NCBI RefSeq assembly: GCF_009914755.1
Contig: NC_060928.1
Strand: one strand, 5' to 3'
Source of the DNA: the human T2T-CHM13v2.0 reference genome, Homo sapiens
DNA: 64,000 nt
The notes beneath the pieces are model-generated. The model was not told the origin of the DNA, made no database searches, and was given only the letters and a program-made list of their open reading frames with translations. Below are positions 56,124 through 64,000 of this stretch, one piece after another. Position 1 is the stretch's first letter. Every line of letters begins with the position of its first letter. The position numbers and the translations under genes were made by a program.

Positions 56124-56632
56124 TGGTAGCCAGCCTCCAAAATGGCCTCCAGTGATCTCAACTACTGATAGTCATCCCCTTGTGAACTGCTTTCTCACAT
56201 TGAACCAGGTTGGTCTGGTACTGCATTCATGGATGACATGTCGTTTCCAAGGTCAGGATATTCAAACCTGAAATTTTTATCTTGGTCTCATCCTCCTTCC
56301 CTCTCTCTTCCTCTGGGGAAATCCGGGTACCCTGCTATAAGCAGCCCTATGAAGAGACCCATGTGCTGCGAAGCTGGGGTCTCAGCCAACAGCCGTGTGA
56401 GTGAGCTTAGAAGTGGAACTGCCAGCCCCAGTCAAACCTCAGATAATGCAACCCCAGATGTCACTTGGATCGTGGCCTTCTGAAAGACCCTGAGTCGGAA
56501 CCATCAGCTGATCTCATATTCTTGACTGGCAGAAACTGTGAAAAAAAAAATAAATGTTTGTTGTTCTCAGCTGCTAAGTTTGTTACATAGCAATAGATGC
56601 GTATCTGTTACATAGCAACGGAGAACTAATAT
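56124..56632 (+). mobile_element. MaLR LTR MLT1F-like
   Basis: 'ggtagccagcctccaaaatggcctccagtgatc', 'gcagccctatgaagagacccatgtg', 'gccaacagccgtgtgagtgagctt', end 'aactaata'. Confidence 0.88.
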
Positions 56633-57484
56633 GGGTGGCTTAACCTAATTGACGATAGAAGATTAAAAAATTAAATAACTGCATGAAGAAAATGAGACAA
56701 AAGAAAATAAGAATAAGGAAGAGATGATGAAGCCAGGAGTTGGGTTTGAACACAAAATACATGCAGCAAGGTCCTGTGACTTTGCTAGAGGTGATCCACT
56801 GGTTTGTCCTAATGATTTTGGCAGTTGGTGCTAAAAGAGAAAAACACAATTAGTACAAACCAGAAAGATATTTCTCCAATGGATCTTTGTGAAAAGAACA
56901 TCGTGTAATGCCATGAACAAATGTTTCAAAAACATTTTTGTCCTGTAGAAATAAAAATTATTTGTTCATATTTTATAGCTGGAGCCTCTAATAATCATAT
57001 GATTTGTAGGAAATAAAATGTTTCCCTTCAAAATGAGATAGCCTCAATTTTAGACCTAACATAGATGGGTCCAGGTAAGCAGAGCTCCCCAGTATAAAGA
57101 ATTGTTCAAAGTTAGAGCTCAAAATTCAGTGTCCTTTACTACAGGCACTTTTTTAAAATTGAATTTTTAATTGATTGTTTAATGCGAGAATGCATTTGTA
57201 AGACCCAGTCAGAAGTATGACCTATGAATGTGGAACACTTGGATGCAATTTAGAAAGCTCTGGAAAATAAGTCTCCTATGTTATTGAGCCAAAGGTTTAT
57301 ATTCAAAAATCTGCCTTCATTTACTTACAAGACAGCTAACTAATCATTTCACATATGGGTTTCCTAGAGATGAGCTTAGTTGAGGATAATATACATTGGC
57401 ATGTATAATTAAATATGTAACATTTTTGGCACTGTAATAATAAGAATGAACATAGTACACCACGTCCAACAACACAGATCAATT

Positions 57485-57598
57485 CAGTGCTGGCCAGGAG
57501 CCTGCTTGTATTAGCTCTCTTCCCAACTCTGAGACTGGTGATTTCATGCTGCTAACTTGAAATCAGCCAGTTGTCAAAACTTTACCAGCTCACCCCTG
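57485..57598 (+). mobile_element. Short MER63-like element
   Basis: 'ctcttcccaactc', 'catgctgctaacttgaaatcagcca', 'tttaccagctcacccctg'. Confidence 0.65.
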
Positions 57599-57599
57599 G

Positions 57600-57915
57600 G
57601 CGAATTTCTCAAATAGAATGTTGAGTGAATGAAGCAAAAGAGTACATGCCGTATGATTCTATTTATATATAAACTATAAAAATAGGCCAAATCTGTGAAT
57701 GTAGAGGTCAGGATAAAAGGTTACTTGTGGAAGGAGGGTGGTGAACAAAAGGGTATGAGGCAGGCTTCTAGGATGTTGGTGGATGCTGTTTTTTGACTTG
57801 AGTGCTGGCATCGTGGACACGTTCATTTTTTGAAAATTCACGAACATGAACTCTTCTGAGTTGTACATGTTTTTGTATGTCTCTCATCTTTCAATTAGTT
57901 AAAAATAACAAAAAA
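57600..57915 (+). mobile_element. L1ME 3' end
   Basis: 'gtatgattctatttatata', 'agaggtcaggata', 'ggcttctagg', 'tgaaaattca'. Confidence 0.7.
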
Positions 57916-59331
57916 GTAAGCAAGCTGTTAATTTAAAAAATAAGTCAACAAGATAAAATATTATAAAACAAAAATAAAGGAGAAAGAAGTATAATAGAAG
58001 TATAATAGAAGACACTGAAATATACCAAACGGAACACTGCAGGAATTGGCTGTCCTGTTATTTAACAGGAGTGAAGATTTCTCTTAAAATTTCCCTTCAG
58101 ACAATCCTTCATCTCTTTCTCTAAACTTCTTATGATCTTGCCTTAATGGGGAGCATGAAATTAATAAAGAATAGGTTAGACTATATTATATATAAAAATC
58201 TCCATAAATATTACTTCTTGCCACCAAGCTGGTGATAAATATTGGGTGACTGTGAGTGTAAAGCTATACTTTTGCTGACAAATACCTGGAGTGCTGCTGT
58301 TTATGTTAAAAAACCATATGATTTTATAGCCAGACACACTGGAAATCAAATTGACATCTAATTAGCATGCTAAGGAGCATGCCAAAACTCTTAAAATATA
58401 ATCTTAATAGGAAAAGTGCCCCTAAGTGCTGTGCTAATATAGTTTAGTTCATACATTCCCTATTTGAGAGTTCCAATATTTTTGCTCTGTTGCTTGACTG
58501 ATTTAAAGTATACCCGAAGAATCTGCAAAATGAAAACAATCCTTTATTAGACAAAATTTAATTTCTTTTGGACTCAATATCCATAAAGTGGAGATAATAA
58601 TGATAGCTAGGGAAAATTATCAGCTTGAATTAAAATATATCAGCAAAGTGTTTTTCTATCTTGTAAAAGGGAAACTATTTCTTCAGGGGAATGTCATTGT
58701 ATTTCCATTGTTCCTGACTGGCATTTCTTTGAATTTGATTCAATTTTTAAAAATTACATGGAGTCTGTACTGTATAATCCCTCATGGGCTGGGGAGGGAA
58801 CAATGAATAACCAGGTTATAATTTATTTGTTCAATAAGCTCCTGAAAATCCCGGGGGAGACAGGACACATGTGAAATTGATATTTATAGCATAAAATGGG
58901 TCTCCCTGAACATGAGTTTTATTGGAATTTAACTGGTACTATCACAAGGGGATGCGGAGGAGGTTTCTGGTCAGATATATTTGGGATGGACTGGGTTAAT
59001 TAAATACAAGTTAACTAGTTCTGCTTATAGCCAGACTTTTCAGTGCACATAATATGCTAATGTTAATATGAATTTCTAGGAGGCAGATAGACAATAATGT
59101 AGTTCCTGGACTTTTATATTTTGGAAACATTTTGTCAGATAACATCTTGGTTGAGAATTTACATTGATCAATGTTGCAACTCAGGATATAGCAGTAAAAT
59201 GAGGAGGTGATAACATAGAATTTGGGTTTAGAGGTCCTGGGTTTAATTCTTGGCTTTTCTACTTTCTAATTTTTAGAAATTATTGCAGAACTTACATAAA
59301 AGAATAAAGCTATTTTAGGTTTTCCCTTTTT

Positions 59332-60003
59332 CAGTGATGTGATAGAACTGGTTCCAGAAATTTAAAGAATTTTTTTACCTAGTTATTAAACACAGATATT
59401 ATTAAACTTTTATATATATATAATTATATATGTATTTGCAATTAAATTATATATAATTATATATATTTGCAATTAAATTATATATATAATTGCAAATATA
59501 TATGGTCTCTATATATTTGTATATATGTACACATACACATGTATATACATATATGTATATGTACATATAGGTATAATTGCAAATATATATAAGGTCTATA
59601 TATATTTGTATATATAAAAACCTTATATGTATTTATTTATATATAACTAAAGGTCTATATATATTTATATATACAAAAACCTTATATATATTTGCAATTA
59701 AATTTTATTAAGTAAAAGATAATACACATGCAAAACTCATCACTTCCTAATTATTTTATTATATTTTATGATTTTCTGTGTTCCTGTGGTTGTTGTCATT
59801 TATGATTGTATCAGTATGATGGAAATACTGTATAATTGTGTGCTACTGCACATCCCTTCACAACTCTGTGTTCACTGATATCATGTTGGTAGCTTGAAAT
59901 CAGCCTTGGTGGGATAGTTATACCATGGAAAGAGGCAAATGCAACAAATTTGTGCCCTGGCTCCTCTCCAGCTGCTTATTAAACATTCACTAGCACGCCA
60001 CTG
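59332..60003 (+). mobile_element. MER63B-like hAT element with internal AT-rich expansion, inserted in a MIR
   Basis: CAGTG...CACTG termini; 'caaaactcatcacttcctaattatttt', 'gtgtgctactgcacatc', 'gttggtagcttgaaatcagcc'. Confidence 0.85.
59410..59700. repeat. Complex (TA)-rich repeat with direct and inverted copies
   Basis: Multiple TATTTGCAATTA / TAATTGCAAATA units; perfect 22-bp inverted repeat 59574-59595 / 59679-59700. Confidence 0.9.
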
Positions 60004-60448
60004 GTTTTAGTGACGATTAAATGTGATGATGTGTATTAAACTCCTTGAACACTGCCTTAGTTGTGGGGCAAGTAGAAATAGTGTAACAGGATGCTGTGAG
60101 CTACCTATGGAGAATTTTCTTGCTTGCTCCCAGAGTTAAGAAGAAAAGAGACTACTGGATAATTAGGGCCTTATTGAAAAGAAAGATATGAACTCTCTGA
60201 GTTCACTTGGAAAAGAGCCAGATCTTGCCTGAGTTGCCAGCTCTGGGGCTAAAGAAGCTTTGATCAAGAAAATAAGAAGATATCTGGGAGTAAGGGGAGG
60301 TGGTCTTTTGTGAGGAGGGAGGTGTTCCTAAAGAGAAGTCACCTGTTCCTTCTTACTATGCCTTGAGGCAAGAGTGTACTTGGCTGTTAGATGCCTTAAG
60401 TTGACTAGTAAATTTTGTGAGTTTTAAAAAGAAGTTGCTATTGATGTC

Positions 60449-60944
60449 TGTATGAGGTTCCTATTGCTGCTACAACAAATTACCACAAGCTTTGTAGCTG
60501 AAGACAGCACAAATTTATTACCTCACAGGTCTGGAAGTCAGAAGTTCCAAACAAGTCCAAGGGACTAAAATCAAGGGGTTGGCAGGACTGCATTCCTCCT
60601 AGGGGATTTGGAGGAGAATCCATTGCCTTGATTTTTTTCTTATCTCTGCAGAATGTAGAGGCCACCTGCATTTCCCAGCTGCTGACCCCCTCCTCCATCC
60701 TTGAAATGCCTCAATTTAGTCTCTGCTTTCATCATGATATCTCCTCTCACAGCTTCTTCCCACTTAGAAGGACCTCTCTGATTACACTGGGTCCACTAGG
60801 ATAACCCTGGAAAATATTTCTATCTCAAACTCTTTAATTTTATCACATCTGCAAAATACCTTTTGCCATTTAAAGTAACATATACGCAGGTTCTGGGGAT
60901 AAGGATGTGAATATATTTGAAGAGCCACTATTCTCTCTCCCGCT
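60449..60944 (-). mobile_element. MaLR LTR MLT1D-like
   Basis: 'cctattgctgctacaacaaattaccaca...cacatctgcaaaatacctttt...caggttctggggataaggatgtg'; perfect TSD atgtc/atgtc. Confidence 0.9.
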
Positions 60945-62844
60945 ATGTCTTATAACCAGATTGGATGACCACTTAAGTGCAGGTCTTGTTGACTTGCTCC
61001 CGTGCTCCCAGAACTGCAGAAAGAGCATCCTGGTCAGAGAGAGACTGCCCTCTTGAATTTCTATTTCCCAAAGAATACAAACTATGGCATCTACCTGGTA
61101 CCAGAGCCCTGAAATTAGGGTGACAAGAAATTGATGATACTAAGTGATAAAAGTTCACTGGGACCAAGTCAGTGTGCAGTAGTGTGGTTCAAATGCCAGA
61201 GGAATGTGGCAGGGGCTTCTGGTTGGGACTGCTTCAAAATATAGTTGAATCTTGCAAGGGACCACTGATTTTAGGGGGAGAGTTTGAGACTGAGTTTCAT
61301 ACCAGCAAGGTCTTCTGGGGCCTGTACTCATCCACGGGAGTCTGGAGACAACAAGCCAGATCCCTGATGGTCATCAACAGAACAAGAAGAGCAACTGACT
61401 ACCACTGATGGAAGGTTGTTTATGACCAACAAAGAAAAAGAGAGTTACTCCAAGAAAGTAACTGACGTGAAACAAAACGGCTTTTTCCACTCTCCTCCCC
61501 AACACCAGAGTAACCAGTGTAAGAAAGAAAGGGGTATGAAAGACAGCCCTTCCCACTTCACCCCAAACTCAATCCTCCATAAGAGGGGCGAAGGAGAAGG
61601 GGATGGTAGAGTCAGCTTGATTCAGATTTGAAACCGAAGTTTAAAAATGGTCGGGACTAAGTCTTAGTGACGAAAATGCAATAGTTAATACTTAAAAAAA
61701 GTAAAAAGTTATGGAATCAGATTGGAATATCTAAAATAGAGTCTGCTACTTGGCAGGAAGTTTGGAGGTAGGCAGAACACAGTTGCTGTCAGTTGTTTGA
61801 AAAAAAATCTTCCTAACTGTACCCCAGAAGAAATTATTTTGTAGCTAATAAGTGCTGTAGCTAATAAGTGCTGCTGAGTTGCAGAGATGCAGCAGGAAGA
61901 TGGGGATGCAGTACTCCAGGGACCCTGCACTGGATGGAGGAGGCAGGCTGGCCCAGGGAGAGGGGCAGAAAGTCAAGTTACTTTTACTCTCCTAAACTAT
62001 TAGACACTTGAAAGGATAGAGGGAGAGGAGAGGAAAATACACATTTTTTTTTGAATGGACAAAATGCACAGGATATGCTTTAGAAATCGGCTAATTATCT
62101 CATAGCCCAGTAATAATACAAGCAAGAGCCTTCCACATACTATGTGAGGGATTACAGCTGGACTGTTCATCCTTTTGCTAACTTAGGCATCTCGGCACCA
62201 TGTGAGCCATCAGGGTTGTTGACACCCAGGAAGCCGAGCTCCTGTGGCCCTCATCACTCATTTAAAAGCCCATCATAGTGAGGGCATGAGCAGAGGGAGG
62301 GCAGAAAGAGACAATCATTTCTTTTTCTTTTTAAGATGCATATTGCAGCTGGAAATGCCAAAACTGAGAACCAAGAATTGTTATCATTTGTAAAGAAATG
62401 AGTCAGAAAAAGTCATAATTCAATTAATATTTCATCTGTAGTTGTCTATTTTCCTAAACCAGTTATCTTGCTTAATATCACTCAGCTGCTTTGTTCTCAG
62501 TGAAAAACAGGATGCAGAGACAAGAGGAAGCCCCAGGGAAGTACTTCTCCTGGAGGCGGAAGTTTGGTCAGAAGCTTCCTCCTTTAGGAGTCTAAGCAGG
62601 GATGTGGAGAGAAGATGGGGAAAATATTTGCCCTCTACGAACAGAAGAAGAAAATTTGAAGTATCTAGGTTACTTTTGGTGATCTGGTAGATTGAAACAT
62701 CAGTTCGGTGAACTGATGTGCTGGAGTAATACATTGCCTTGAGAAACCCCAAAAGTTAGGAGGATGCTGACTCCTTTGCAAACAATGTAGGGTAATGTCA
62801 CTCACACTGCCACACCTATTATAGGATACGCTTTTTATAATATT

Positions 62845-62953
62845 GTTCTTTAATTGATGTATAACAATGGTACATATTTATGGAGTACACACTGATGTTT
62901 CAATACATAAAGTGATCAGACCAGGGTAGTTAGCATATCCATCATCTCAAATA
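62845..62953 (-). mobile_element. L1MA 3'-end fragment
   Basis: 'gtacatatttatggagtaca...gatcagaccagggtagttagcatatccatcatctcaaa'. Confidence 0.75.
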
Positions 62954-63796
62954 GAATATCTTTTAATTTCAGACATTTCATAATGATAGAGCAATGAATT
63001 TTAGAATTTATGTTTTCATACTCTATCCCTTGGGGAAGTGATAGCAAAATTATTTAAAAAAGAGAACATAAATCACTGTTTTTATACTAATAAAATTAGC
63101 TAGAACCTCTCATATATGACATGATTGAACCAATTTAACATTGCAGAGTGATAATTCTAGGTCAAAATTTCCAGCCGTCTCTTGTTCATCTCTACCTTCA
63201 AGGCCAGGCACAAAAATACTTAATACATCTAGAATCAAACTAGCTTCTTTCTGAAGACTTCTTTTCATTTTGAAGGTTCTATACCTCAATTAAAATTAGT
63301 CTCTCTGCCCTCTCTTACATACACAGACACACACTCAAACTCATGCACACACCCTAAGGAAGATTAAAGATACAGTTTCAACAGGCTGGCAGTAGAATTC
63401 ATCTTAAGAATCAAACTTCTCTGTTCAGGTCAATGTATGGGGAGAAGATAAAGTTCCAAGGGCATGATTCACAAGGAGATTATGAAACAGTAAAGGAACC
63501 AAGCTTTTTTCCCTAAGAAGAGGAAGGAATGTGGGAATTTGGAAATGGTGTCCATCAGAGCAAAAAGGAAAGTGAAGGAAGCCAAGGAACATAGCAAAAG
63601 GCTGGAACCTTTGGAGAAAGTTGAAGAGTGAGAAATGTCTAGCAGTGTGGATGGTGACTACTAAGAATAGGGATGTGTTATAAGTAAAATCATGTTTCTT
63701 ATACAAATATAAAATGAGCACATATGAAAGATTGTATTTAACTTCTTCATGAAACCAGTAAGACGTAAAAACCAGTTCAAAGCAAAATTTGAGGAA

Positions 63797-63839
<43 letters not shown>
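63797..63839 (+). repeat. (CA)n microsatellite
   Basis: Direct inspection. Confidence 0.95.
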
Positions 63840-63840
<1 letters not shown>

Positions 63841-64000
63841 ATGAGGAATGCAGAAATCATTTTGCTAAGATGCAAAACTGGTAAATATCCTATAGGACAA
63901 TAATATATATGCAAAATATTATAATGTTTGGCATCTCTTCTGCATGATGAAATTAATTATATTTCTACTAGTCAACATTTAAATGTTTCTTTGAACAAGA

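Noticed and set aside
62442-62752. Purine-rich exon-like segment with overlapping ORFs
   Set aside because: Acceptor-like sites are present, but there is no convincing donor and no recognisable peptide.

Overview
This window is human-type genomic DNA: it carries an AluYa8, a human-specific subfamily. It is AT-rich, CpG-depleted, intergenic or deep-intronic, and roughly half interspersed repeats. No intact protein-coding gene, structural RNA gene or CRISPR array can be supported. The long entries in the ORF track are Alu translations, L1 ORF2 remnants or chance ORFs. Main contents are: the 5' end of a minus-strand ERV1 provirus (MER52-like LTR, tRNA-Pro PBS, splice donor); a doubly truncated L1PA ORF2 fragment inside an MST LTR; a young AluYa8 with a perfect TSD; a near-complete Ricksha (MULE/MuDR) transposon carrying an MLT2B LTR and a decayed FLYWCH domain; three MER63 hAT elements; and many MaLR/ERVL LTRs, L2, MIR and old L1. 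There is also a strong CTCF-type motif in a CpG-retaining patch and several candidate small exons. I found no convincing novel biological system. The findings are mostly unusual insertion or repair structures and candidate regulatory or exonic elements. Repeat subfamily names come from recalled consensus features, not from a database search, and boundaries without TSDs are approximate.
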